The translations under genes were made by a program, and so were the position numbers. The notes under the pieces are model-generated. The model did not search any database. It was not told the origin of the DNA and was given only the letters and a program-made list of their open reading frames with translations. DNA of 62,281 nucleotides, the filler included, from Collodictyon triciliatum (lineage: Eukaryota): the NCBI GenBank assembly GCA_043381765.1. It is 9 parts of 9 records of this genome, joined end to end, with 100 filler letters (N's around TTAATTAATTAA, not from the genome) between each part and the next. Parts side by side here need not be neighbours in the genome. Positions count along the whole stretch, not along the records: positions 7,433 to 14,759 come from JBHJMP010003950.1; positions 14,860 to 22,192 come from JBHJMP010003951.1; positions 22,293 to 29,614 come from JBHJMP010003952.1; 6 more parts are not named here. One strand, 5' to 3'. This document shows positions 12,997 through 25,826 of this stretch, piece after piece; within the stretch, counting starts at the first letter, position 1; each line of letters begins with the position of its first letter.

Positions 12997-14759
12997 ATGC
13001 AACAAAATCGAGGTTACACCTCGCCAAACCAACAGGTGCCTGTGCAATCAACACAAGTCTTAGCCAACGCGCGAGCTATTCGAAATGCATGCTACATATT
13101 CTGGAAAAAAGCTCTAACCACCACCAAAGGTGATCCCCTGGAGTGGAAGATGGTTGCCCTTCGATATGTCCTTCTCTCCTTCGATATTGAGAGAAAAGCA
13201 GCAATCCCAGCCTATGAAAGCACAATCCAGTCATGGAAGTCTGATATCCAAGGAGAACTGAAGAAGGCTTATGACTACCTAAACGCTGGCTGGCTTGGAT
13301 ATATACAAAGTGATGCTCCATGTAAAACCGCATGTACCAAGTCCCTTGAGATTGCGTTAAAGGGGTTCCACATCATTGAAGACGATTTCGTGCTAATGGA
13401 GCTGACAAGGAGGATTAAACTTGCTGAGGCAACTACAGCTAATATGAATATCTGGAGCACCATGGAGATATGTTTGTCCCAGTTTCCAACTTGGTCCAAC
13501 TTTACATATGAGGCTGGATTGAAGTATTTTGTTGACTTACTGAATCCCCCTGGCACCGTTTACGATGGTCACCAAGTTGCCTCCAAATATTTACAATACT
13601 CTGAAATTCCACAGGGCTATCAATCGCAACAAGTGATGCATCTCTTTCAAAAGCCCCCTCCGTCATACGTGCGACAAACGCAATGTCTTTTGTATTCATT
13701 TGATTTGAATGATTTACGACGTTCTGAGGCGTACATCAGAGACTTGCTCAAAAAGCTATCCACCATTTCTCACCCAAATTTGAATGAGTTGCAAGGATAT
13801 GCATCAGATTTTCATGGTACAAAAGCCTTTATTGCATTTGGCCACCTCTCTTACTCAATTCGTGATTGTCTGAATATAACAGGATTCCCAGAAAATCGAC
13901 ATCAAATAGCAATAGCTGTGGTCGCGGGTATTTCTTTTCTCCTCTCTGCTGACCCGCCCATAATCCCGTTCTTTTTGACTACTTCCAACATATTCCTCGA
14001 TGAAAAATGGACCGCAAAAATCACAGGATATATCCCACAGGAGTTTTCGGCTTGTGCCAGTCGAGCACTTTTTGACGGAAACGAATTCAAAAAATCTGAG
14101 ATGAATGTATGGATACCTCCAGAATTTATCATAACGAAGGTATACAACGAAAAATGCGTCATATATGCTCTAGGTGTTGTTTTGGCTGAGATAAAATCTG
14201 GGCCGGTGTGGCCAAACGAGCATGGGGTTTCAATATATGAAAGAGTCATCACTAGGAATACCAAACCCATGAATTCGACATCTGGCCCATTGAACTCAAT
14301 AATCCAGCTCTGCCTTGATTCTGAGCCCACTAGACGACCTACCATCCGAGACATTGATGACTTTTTTGCCAATAGAAAATCTCCACCACTGGCCCCAACT
14401 GGAGGGAATCACTCAGAAAATCAAAGGTTGCCAAATGTCGACGAAGTAAAGCACCGCACTGGAGTTGCAGGCGAAGCACATGGTGGAATCCCCGAGCAAG
14501 GACAAGCCTCTGGAGTTTCAAGTGAGGAACAAATTGCCAGATTTACACCACTGAAAGATATTCCAGAAGCTTTGAAAAAAAAGAGAAATATACACCCGTT
14601 TGTGAAGCCTTCAGTGACATATATTAAAAGCCAAATGGTGGCTTTGTATGCATTTGATATCCCTTCTAACATTACTGAAAAGATGATAGAAGCTGACCTC
14701 AGCAAACTATCCAGATTAACCCACCCAAATTTGGTGAACATCCATGGTGTTTCTTGGGA
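12997..14759 (+). CDS. Intronless tandem kinase-fold protein (TKL-like pseudokinase plus the start of a second kinase domain), cut by the contig end
   Basis: HPNLNELQGY, PPIIPFFLTTSNIFLD (HRD absent), AKITGY (DFG absent), WIPPE, VIYALGVVLAEI, CLDSEPTRRPT. A second domain begins VALY..LSRLTHPNLVNIHGV. Confidence 0.85.
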
Positions 14760-14859
14760 NNNNNNNNNNNNNNNNNNNNNNNNNNNNNNNNNNNNNNNNN
14801 NNNTTAATTAATTAANNNNNNNNNNNNNNNNNNNNNNNNNNNNNNNNNNNNNNNNNNNN
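14760..14859. other. Artificial contig spacer
   Basis: N44-TTAATTAATTAA-N44. Confidence 0.98.
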
Positions 14860-15822
14860 GACAAAGCGGCCAGGGAGGGCGATGGAAGACTCGACCGGAC
14901 TGTTCTGTGCATCCTTGTCCGAGATAGATGCAGCATGGGTCTGGTAGAGGCACGAGACGGTGTTGCAGCTGTCCTTGAGGGCGCTGTCAAAGAGGAAGAA
15001 GGAGACTACATAAACGCTCTTGGAGAGGTTGATGTGAAGCTTCTTGAGGACGGGATCCGCCTTGGAGATGTGGTAGATGGATGCTATCTGGAAGAGCCTG
15101 TCTCTGGACGACTGGACGTCCACAATATGTCTCTCCTGCAGGGCCACACCGTCTGCCCGCTGCAGCTGAATCTCCCACAGGTTCCAGCTGTGCCCTTTGC
15201 AGTTGTCCAGGGCGGTATACGGGACAGGGCACTTGACCAGATGCGCGGCTGCTGCGTGGTGTGTGCCGTTTGTAAAGACAGAGACACTGTGGCTTCGGTT
15301 CCGCTTGCGCGAGACAAGCAGCCTGCGCTTCCACTCGCATCGCCACGGCTGCATCGGCCCGGCGGCGGCATCGGCCAGTGGGAACCACACATGGCGCCGC
15401 TGCGAGCAATGCGCCACACACGAAGGCGCAAAGCCCTCAAACGGCGTGCGGTCTTGCAGGCTACTGAAGCCAAACTGCAGCGCATCATCCGGTGCGATGG
15501 CAATGGTCCCGTCATCTGGCTGGACAAGCCGCAGCGGCTGCTGGCTGCCGCCCACGAAGGCTGGATGGTGCGCAAAGATACCATCTTGGGTGCCCTTGCG
15601 ACGGTCTTTGTCTCTGTGGGTTTGTGGAGGTACCTGGCCCGAGGGAGACGGCGCATCCCCAAAGACCGGCTCTGGCTGCGCAATCTGGAAGCTCGGTCGA
15701 AGTAGCTGCGTGGCGAAGTAGCCGATGGATATCACGTACAGTAGGAATACAGCATGTGTGAGTCGGCCTCGACACAGCCGTTGCGTCCATGGCAGAAGCA
15801 GGCGCCGTACATCGCCGTCCAT
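14860..15822 (-). CDS. Type II membrane protein of unknown function (paralogue of 37525-38354), 3' truncated
   Basis: MDGDVRR start, one N-terminal TM (AVFLLYVISIGYFATQLL), a Pro-rich stem, then a Cys-patterned domain shared with the 37525 ORF. Confidence 0.75.
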
Positions 15823-16558
15823 TTGGGAAGGAAGCTCAGGCTTGGTGGTGGCGAAGTGCCCGGAATCGATGAGGTCTTTGTGCGGGGTTTTCTTTTCTCT
15901 TGCTTTTCCTTCTCCCTTTTCCTGCCTTATCTTTTCTTTTCTCTGGGAAGGGAAAATAAGAAGATAAATTTGATGTTGCTGTGGGTTTACGGGAGATGGC
16001 AGCAAGGAAAGGTTGCGTCTTCTGCCTCCCAAACGAATCCGGCTGTATCTTTTCCTCCCAGGCTTTCGGCCTGCATGTTAAAATAGGGGGTGTTTTTTTT
16101 TTTAAAATATATACATATAAAATAAAAAAAATCAAACACCGCTTGGACTATTCTTCTTGCTTTTCGTATAAAGTTTTTTTTTCTCCTCGGACAAGAAAAG
16201 AAAATAAATATGTAAAAAAGTAAATGGGAGACTAAAATTAAATATCGGTTTTTGATTTAGGAGGAGTGAATGGAATATAGTTGAGCTATATTGCTGTTTT
16301 TTTGTTTTTTTTTGTTTTTTTTTTGTTTTTTTTTTGTTTTTTTGTTTTTTTAAGAAGGAAATAAGCTTTCCGGAAGCGACTTTGGGGTGGTCGCGGGATT
16401 GAGTTTGGGGCAGAGCACATCCCCGCGTTGAGAGCGTTTCTTATATGTCTTCCGTTTCTTATTATCGTTGCGCTATATTCCAGTTCTCTGCAAAGTATGT
16501 CCCACAATGCCCAAAGCAATATCTCTTGTGCGCATGCACCGCACAATCCATGGGAAAT

Positions 16559-16580
16559 AATAATCATAATAATCATAATC

Positions 16581-16677
<97 letters not shown>
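16559..16677. repeat. (AAT)n microsatellite
   Basis: Direct reading. Confidence 0.95.
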
Positions 16678-16679
<2 letters not shown>

Positions 16680-16984
16680 GCTGATAGCCAACAGGTTGAA
16701 AAAATAAATGTAGTGCAAGCGGGAATGCAAAGTGTGCTGTGAGAGAAACAATCAGAAAAGCAAGTTTGCAGCTTTAGTCCAAAATTGGTGTTTGGATACA
16801 TCAGGGCATGTGGTTGTCTGCAGCAGTCATCCCATGTCGGATGCATCTCCGGTTTGCCTTGTGACTCACGCGCTTTGCAGATCGGTGAATTATTCATTCC
16901 TGCATCTACTTGTGGGCTATCATCCTTCTACCTCTCTGCCCTCTCTCTGTCTTGTCTTTTTCTTCTATTTTCTCTTCATTTGTT

Positions 16985-17170
16985 AGCTAGAAGGGATGTA
17001 AAATCTTTCGATTGGCAAACTTCGTCCACTAGTATCCAAGGTCTCATCACTTTTTTCACAAAGATTGTGTAGTGGTGAAGTCTGCCAGGAAAGACCCAAC
17101 ACTTCTTGTTTTTTAGAGGAAGGTGTATGTTTTTTTTTTTGAAGGATTAAGAGAACTTTCTTGAGTATAT
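16985..17170 (-). ncRNA. Candidate Fanzor omegaRNA scaffold region (positional prediction only)
   Basis: Lies at and just downstream of the 3' end of the Fanzor ORF, where TnpB/Fanzor guide scaffolds are encoded. No fold was verified. Confidence 0.3.
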
Positions 17171-19000
17171 TTTTAGCGCTGTTAAAGTCCTTTGTCAAGA
17201 ATACACGTTGTTTGCTTTCTGAGCGGTTGCATTCTTTACATATGAGACATCTATACAACTATTTTGTATTTCCTTTCGGTGGCATGTATTCCAGTTCTTT
17301 TTCGCAGTTGCAACACATCTTGGAGGTTCTAAATTCACCTACACTAACTTTTCAAAACGTTTGGATAGTATTTTTCGTAATCCTCTTCCGATGGTTGGCT
17401 TAAAATGGTTTCATCTGAAATTTTCTGCTCCAGTCTCCATACGCCAGAGCAAAATCCTTGCCAAATGTCTTTTCGATTCGGTCCGTAAACAATGGTTCAC
17501 TGATATTTGTATTAACATACTGTCTCTATATCATCTTTCGAAAAGTTACGTGTTCATAAAATCTGGAAAGTTCTGTCTGGTATCCTGGTTTCATAGTTAC
17601 ATATTCTCGAAATTTTTCATAATCGACGGTGCATGAATTATGTTCACTCAGCTCTGTCTCTAAATCGATGAAAGATACTCTTGATGTCTCAAACTGCTGA
17701 TTCTCTTCAAAAGTCATGAGACCAAAAGAAACAGCACTTTGTTAAATCTGTTGTCATGCATATCCCTGAAGTATTATACTTTTCTTTTTTGTCGTAAGAG
17801 TATTTTGTGATTTTTAAGAGGTTTGCTATCATGCCTTCTTTGGTGTGCCGTGTAACGTAATTTCTTACCTGCCTCGTCCACCTTGTAAACCAAATTAAAC
17901 TTGTCTGCGTCCACTCAATCATTTTTTGTCGCTGATAAAGATAAATGCTCTGTTGAAAGTTCATCTGTAAAAATATGTTCTTGGTATTTCGATTAAATTG
18001 GAATTTTGAAATTGAAATGCCTTTCTTTTCAAACAATAATGACACCACCAAGCCGTCTGTTTGTATCATGTATTTAAAATCGCAGTCTCTTTGATGAAAG
18101 ACCCTATTATTCATTTCAAAGAACTTATCCCATAGTTTCTCTATGCATCCTGATATATTTTTCATTAATGATGTTTTCCAGATGATACTAATAAATCTAT
18201 CAAACTTGCAGTATCTAGAGTAATATGACATGGTATATTGGTAGTTCTTATAGAGATTGGTTGAAAAAGTTTGGCTCTAATGTCCTCAAAAATGCGATTC
18301 ATGTAAATCAGACATGGAATTAACTTATTTGGATTGACTTTGACGTCATATTCGATACCTTTTACAATATTGCCGGTAATGATATGATTCAAATGCATTT
18401 TAGTCCATTCTTTATATTGTTCCGGTATTTCGAGCTTCTTGGAGATGTCTTTTTTTTTAACTTTTGTAACTTTGCCTTTTGAATAGCTTCCGTAATATTC
18501 TCATCTTTAGGAACTGTTCGGTTTATAAAGCGCAGTAACCTCTTTACAAAATGCTCCTTAATATTTTTATGATAAGCTGCTAGCATTTGCTTCGCCAAGT
18601 ACGGTAATACATGAGACAGTCCAACAAACGGAAAGCGCTCTTCTCGGGACAAAAGGAATAGAAAATCATTGAGATAAAAGTCATCATGTCATTTCTCACA
18701 TATCTGGTCTTTTTTTTTTTTTTTAATCTTGCGGGTGTATCTTGTGAAACTATTCCGACTGTTTTTTAAGCGTACAAAAAAATTTTCAACGATTGTTAGG
18801 AGTTGTTGTGATTTCAATACGTAACATCTTGCAAACAGATAAGTGTTGGTAACCAAATTATAACACAATAAAACCGTATCGTTGATTTTTTCATAGTCAT
18901 CCACATTCTTTACAATCGGCTTTAGAGATGTTTTCACATTTAGATAGTCTGGTTCTACAGACTTTAGATTCCCAAACTCAAGACGCTTTCTTTTCTTCAT
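17100..19000 (-). pseudogene. Decayed Fanzor1 (eukaryotic TnpB-family RuvC nuclease)
   Basis: Fragments in order: VKTSLK; NIKEHFVKRLLRFIN; YDVKVNP..KLFQPISIR..IPCHITLDT; MIQTDG; RuvC-I-like VDADKFNLVY..LRYTAHQRR (~17840-17914); ELSEHNSCTVDYEKF..FYEHVTFRK; AYGDWS (~17430-17445); RuvC-II GEFRTSKMCCNC (~17305-17340); CKEC; RuvC-III KDFNSAKNI (~17168-17194). Multiple stops and frameshifts, no introns. Confidence 0.88.
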
Positions 19001-19100
19001 CTGAAAGTCTTTGTTTTACTTTTTCCTTTAGAAAACTGAGTTTTCAATTATTTTTTTTTTATTCACGACAGACTTAGCTGTTGGCGCCCGTGCCAACAAA

Positions 19101-19545
19101 TTTTTTTTCAACCACCAAGCAAGTATTCCGAGGTAAAGAGAGAAAAGTGATGGCGAGTGTGCCATCAGGGGAGTATGGAGATAGAGGAATAGAGGGAGAG
19201 AGAAAAGAGGAATAGGAAATGAAGTAAAGACCCTGGGGCTTGATAAGAGGCCCAGGGATTCCTTTCAGGATAGGACTTATGGTGAAGTCCTTGGAGGAGG
19301 GAAGGTAGCGGGCTTGATTATGTTTAGAGGGGAGTGGAAGAGGATGGGAATACTACTTTGGTGGCGCAAGGTGTTGAAAGGGTGGTGGACAGGAGAAGTT
19401 CGCATGGAGTTAGAAAGGCACTAGGTCGAGAGCAAAGACAACTTCTCTGCATAGTTTACGCACTTCCTTCCAAACCGCAGAGCGGTCTTTAGAGTATGTT
19501 TGTTGCATTTGGGATGTCTCCCAAGTGCTGATAATGACCTGAGTT
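19101..19545 (-). mobile_element. Probable 3' end of a non-LTR retrotransposon
   Basis: Short ORF tail, pyrimidine-rich UTR-like stretch and an A8 tail (T run 19101-19108). No diagnostic protein motif. Confidence 0.35.
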
Positions 19546-19892
19546 TTCAATTTTAATAAACTTTAGTCGATCAGTCAATTTCATAAAATAAAACAACTGC
19601 ACAAAATTAACTTCGTAAAATTAAGCATCCACCGAGACTCTCAAAATATGCGGATTGTGGTAAACAAACACACAAAGTTTTTTTTATAAGTGATTTGAGA
19701 CAAAATCCTGAGAGGCGATTCGGCGAGTTCAAAAGGACAGCCGTATAGCGATTGCGACTGAAAGTCAACATATCGGCCCCAAACAACATGATCACCGCCG
19801 CAAGTGAGGATAGTATGCTTTTTTAAAATGCATGTTTGGTGGCAGGTTTATGGGGTGGGTTCTGTCTGGGCCAAGGCAAGGGTTTGTTTGTA

Positions 19893-20740
19893 ATTTTTGA
19901 TTTTTTTCTTCCTTTATTCGATTCAAAGTGTAGCATGGTTATGCCATACAAAGGGGCGGGATGGGTGCGCGTGGGAGAGAGCAAACGTGAGTAGAAGACA
20001 CTACCGTGGAGAGAGTAGCACTGGAAAGAAATCTGTGATAGCAAGTTGTTCAGGTAAGCGACCCAACTGGTTGATTGGCTGCGTGGGTAGCAGGGGTTGG
20101 ATATGCTGTGGGAGATATCGCACGACACATTCCCACATCTCTCTTCGCTTGCGGTCAGAGTAGCGAAGAATGCGGCCGTGTTTCAGCAGGCTGTTCAGGA
20201 AGCTGTATTGCACGAGGCTTTCCAGCCTGGCTACATTGATTTCTCGTTCGGGTGAATCATTAGAGCGAGATAATGCGCGCACACTCCATAGGGACCACAG
20301 CATATGTCCCCTTGTGACTGTCCAGAGTATTCTAGAGTCGTGGGTCATTCGGTATCGTGCGCCAAATAGGATGTCAGACGCGCTGAGTCGGCTGGGAGCA
20401 TAATCAAGGTCATAGAGCATCTTGTGGGTAGATTCTGTCACTTTTTGAGCAAGAGAGCATTTCATAAATGTGTGTTTTGTTAGAGTCATCTCCACCATGG
20501 CACATGGTGCATTCTGGATAGGTCGTTGCTGCATGGACTACACGCGCGCACCTATCCACAGCTCTCTGGTTGAGATATTGAGCGTTAGGGCGTGGTGTTT
20601 CGGGAGTAGCTGACATATGCGGGCTTGCTTCCAGCTTTTGACTATCGGCGGGTCTATAATGCTTATAGTTTCGGCCCAACGACTTATTTTCTCCGTTTTT
20701 ACTTGGAGTGGAGGTGTGGGGTTTGTAAGAAATACAACGT
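19893..20740 (-). mobile_element. 5'-truncated L1/Tx1-like LINE (ORF2 C-terminus and 3' UTR)
   Basis: zf-RVT-like SWKQARICQLLPKH..LWIGAR. CCHC knuckle CTMC..H.FMKC split by a frameshift. LWSLWSVR, stop at 20001, then AATAAA (~19913-19918) and an A-rich tail. Confidence 0.75.
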
Positions 20741-21563
20741 GAAGAATAAATTTGTATCATGAAATAGATTTTCATAAAAACTGATCTTTTTCAGGGTATT
20801 TTTGTGAAAACTGATGATTATCCTGCAGAAAAAAATTAAATGAAACAATATTCAACCGGAAAAATGAATGTAAAATATGACGTCGCAAAAGCCATCCTCA
20901 TCAGAATTTGTGACGTGACTATTTATATTTCATGGGCCTTCATAGAGAATGGCTTTTTTCGTGTGACATAGGGTCTTGACGGATATTTTTGCTTCAAGCT
21001 TTCCACTTCGAATAATCCTTTTATATCGCACTACCGAGGCAAAATAGGATAATGAAAGCGATGGAAGTATAATTACGAGACCAGATTGAGTTTACCATCA
21101 ATAAAATTGTGGCCCGTGATAGTGGCTCCAAGAAATTTGCACAGAAAAGCGAACAGGAGAGAGGCACTGTGATGATGCAAAGGATGGGCAGCTCTATTCG
21201 GTTTTCAAGTTTGGGTCATAAGGCTCCCTTTTATTTTATTTTTTGTATTTGTATCTGTATCTGTATTTGTATCCCACACAACAAATTGTCTTTTTATAAA
21301 AAAAAATAAATTAAAAATAAGCGATGTACTTTGTAGTTTATCATGTGGGAAGCCGCCTCATGTTGTGCAAATTGAAATGAATTTAAGTACTCGATTACTA
21401 TGAATTACATATTTAACCAATAATCTACTTTTTCGGTCATGTTTTCGTCAACAGAAAAAAATGATTGTTTGTGATGGATGTTGTTTTCCGGATTCGTCGT
21501 CTGCATGTGGAAAATATAGTAGTATATCCGATATTCTCCGACTGCGGGTCGATGGTTGTATGA

Positions 21564-22192
<629 letters not shown>

Positions 22193-22292
22193 NNNNNNNN
22201 NNNNNNNNNNNNNNNNNNNNNNNNNNNNNNNNNNNNTTAATTAATTAANNNNNNNNNNNNNNNNNNNNNNNNNNNNNNNNNNNNNNNNNNNN
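22193..22292. other. Artificial contig spacer
   Basis: N44-TTAATTAATTAA-N44. Confidence 0.98.
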
Positions 22293-22925
22293 TTTTTTGT
22301 TTTTTTGTTTTTTTGTTTTTTTGTTTTTTTGTTTTTTTTGTTTTTTTTGTTTTGTGTTTTATGTTTTCTAATATTTCTGAATCACACCAAATGCAATAAA
22401 ACGTGGCATAAAGGCGAGAGGAAAAATGATCATTGATTCCGGAAGAATGAGCAGTGCAGTGACCGTGCTTCACACTTCGTGAGCTTCTCGACGTTGCGTT
22501 GTTGGACGCACTTATTTTTCCGATCAAATGATTTGGTTTTATGTGTGTTTATGTGTGTTTATGTGTGTTTATGCGTGTTTATGTGTGTTTATGTGTGTTT
22601 ATGTGTGTTTATGTGTGTTTATGTGTGTTTATGTGTGTTTATGTGTGTTTATGTGTGTTTTGTGCGTTGTGTGAATCAATACAGTGTTTTTGGTCAGTGT
22701 AACTTTCGTTATGGCACATATAATATTGCTGATATATCTGTAATATATGTTATTTATATTACAAAATTAGATTTGCTTCTCGTCTCTTGTAAAAAAACTA
22801 ACATATCTATATATTCCAGATTTATATTCGGAGAATGTCTGGGTTTCAGTGTTTTCGTCTTTTGGCAAGAATCTCAAATGCGGATCACAATCAACCCCGG
22901 TTCGTTTGTCTCGCCTTTGGAAACG

Positions 22926-25826
22926 ATGGACTGCTCTGACGCAAACACGCCACCCAGCAATTACCAACAGGAAGGAGCAAAGAGAACAAGACTGAATCCC
23001 GAAGACACAGTCGACCAAACAAGCTTCTCTGCAGAGACAATGGACGAGACCGTAGATCTAGTGGAGCACGCCAGGAACACATTAACGCTTACTTATGAAA
23101 GAGACAGGGAGGTTGAGGACTTGATCGATCAGGTTGCTTTTTGCCACAACAATTCCCTGCATTTATATGCCTTTAGTTACTGTTGTCCCTTTATTTTTTA
23201 ATTGTTGCATATATTGATATCATGCGCTCTTTCTGTTTTGTTTTGTTTTGTTTTGTTTTGTTTTGTTTTGTTTTGTTTTGTTTTTGTTTTTGTTTGTTTC
23301 ATATTGGAGGATTACCGTTTCGAAACACAGAACCACACATATGCATTCTAGCGTTCCTTCATCGACGCTATAAATCTATACTTGATTTGATTAATTGTAG
23401 AAGTAGTCCTACAATTTTTATGAAAAAAATAGTAATCCAATTAACTGGAACACTATCAGAAAAAAGAAAAGGAAACCAAACCTACATGCTGCCACACTTT
23501 TGTATATCATTTTCATATCATTCGAGAATACGGGACATTGATTACGTAGCGAACACAGCTGAATAACTCATCCGTTCTGCATAGCTGTACGACTACGGGA
23601 GTCAGATAGATGAGCTAATTGTCGACAAGTGTGCTGTAATCAGCACAACTCCTGACACTTTTCTGCAAGAGGCTCAGAACCAAGTATTTACATTTTTTTT
23701 TAAAAAAAAATCAGTAAAATGAAAACATACTGATATAAATGTTTCGAGTTTTCGCAATTTGTAAAGAATGTTCATCACAAGAGTGGGAATTAAAGTTTGT
23801 TTTTTAAAACAAAAAGCTGGGCTATGATACTTTTGAGTACACCTCAAACCTTACTTTTATCTTGATACTCACCCTTGCCCAGCTGAAAACAGGCCTTGCT
23901 GTGATAAAAAAGGAAACATCGCAAGATGAGGGGGGCTGTGGTCTGATTACCACGAAATACCATCACTTATTTGGTATTTACAGAAGGCTCAAGGAGACAC
24001 AATCCTTACCGTTATCGATTGTGTTTATTTCACAATTTACTTCACTGCTCAACTTACCAAGACCCAAGTGCGGAAGCTCGCTCTATGTGACCTCTGACTT
24101 ACCGACAGCGATTGACAAAGAATTGCTGTCCAAACACCCCGTCATGATATCTGCAGGATACATGCCCATTCCCTTCCACCGCGAATATATTTGGGGTCCT
24201 TCCTTCCGCGAACAAATGTTTGGTTACAGGAGTCTTCTTCAATTGTCCAATCCCCGAGGCCTGTGCATTCACCCAAAAACGCGAAATATTTATGTTGCAG
24301 ATTACGAGAATGATCGTGTTGTGGTTTATACCCCTCAATTTCAATTCCTTTTTTCATTCGGTTTGAAAGAGTGGAGTACGGTCGATATGAGATACCCAAG
24401 CAGTATCAACTTCACCTCAGACGGCAATCATGTCGTAATTACGGAGAAAATGACAAATCGTATTCGGTGGTTTAATCTTCAAGGAGACGTCAAGCGCACC
24501 TTGAGAATTGTAGGCTCGAAACCTGGAGAACTCAGAAATCCCAACAGTGCCGTTGTGGACAAGGACGGCAACATTTTTGTGGCAGACACAGACAACAGAA
24601 GAATACAAAAGTTTTCAGCAAACGGGGATTACATCAGCCATTTTGGAAACAGCATCGATGGGCATGAGCCTACACGTTATTCAAGTCTCTCAATCTCTAT
24701 GAGTGGAGAATATCTGTTTTCCATCTCGATAGATTCAAATCAGTTAGTCGTATTTGACTTGGATGGCATATTTCGACAGTCATATACAATCGAGAAGGCA
24801 TCCAACTTTTCGTTTGTGAGTTGTATCCTTGATAACCAATTTTTGGTCTCTTATCCCGAGTCACGATGTGTAATTGTCTACTCAAATCAAGGAGACGTGG
24901 TCTCGCGCTTAAACAAGATTGTCATAGGGGGAATTTCTATTCCAGATGAGAATACTATAATCTATACGAATGCCACACATTTGCAGAGAGAGCCTCTGGC
25001 TTCATTTCTGCAAGGAAATCAAGATTTTGCCCAGCATCGTTTCACGGTCAATGGTGGAAATGAAGCAGAGCAACACACTCCTGAAGGTATTTGTGTCCAC
25101 CCAGGCTCTGGTTGCATCTATGTTTCGATGCCAAGCTTTCACAAGGTTCAAATATATTCTCCAGATTATAGCTACATCGGAGCTATTGGAGAGGGCGATA
25201 TGCATCCAGTTCCACTTTCTGAACCTGCGGATATTATCATTTCGCCCTCGGGTGACAGAATTGCGATTGTAGATACCAATCCGCCGCGAGTGGTAATCCT
25301 CACGGGCCACCACAGACACCTGGCAACCGTCACGCTTCCTCAAATGGCTCAATACGGACCAAACGAATCCATTTCAGCCTGCTTTGATATCACAGGTTTT
25401 CTGTTTGTCAGCCACACAAACGCGGTGGACATACTAAAGTATGACAGTGAAGGTAATACCGTAGGGACAATTCCGCTTCGCCAAATTACAGGCCATGTCA
25501 GTATTTCCCACATGACGTGCATATCTAGAAATGAGCTTCTGGTCGCAAGTGGTCCACTATCGTCGATACTTTCGATTCACACGGAAAAATGCATTCTCAC
25601 AAAAACATCAAATATTGTCGTCCATTCAGATACCATATTCATCGGGCGAGGACCGAATGGAGGAATCATCCTGTGTGACCAACACGCAAACTCCTTTTCC
25701 CTCTACCTGCCCGATACATATAATCCACTTTTCTTACGCGCAGCCGCCCCCACAAAGTTTGCCTTGGACTCGAAGGGTAGGATACTCGCATTGTCTGCTA
25801 ATTCGTCGGCTGTGACGATCTTTTGA
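22926..25826 (+). CDS. NHL-repeat beta-propeller protein with a helical N-terminus
   Basis: Exons 22926 (or 22878)-23132, 23585-23683, 23883-25826. NHL motifs LSNPRGLCI..IYVADYENDRVVV, LRNPNSAVVDKDGNIFVADTDNRRIQKF and HTPEGICV, apparently forming two propellers. Confidence 0.85.

Noticed and set aside
14935-15761. Overlapping ORFs on both strands (e.g. 14935-15705 +)
   Set aside because: Shadow frames of a GC-rich gene. Only the minus frame has a TM anchor and a paralogue.
16983-19079. TTAGCT at 16983-16988 and 19074-19079 as the Fanzor target-site duplication
   Set aside because: The positions are plausible, but a 6-mer match between two loosely defined end regions is expected by chance and no terminal inverted repeats support it. 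Needs sibling copies.
20887-20957. Imperfect inverted repeat AAAAGCCATCCTC/GAGAATGGCTTTT as a MITE
   Set aside because: Only 12 of 13 bp, with no target duplication and no second copy in the window.
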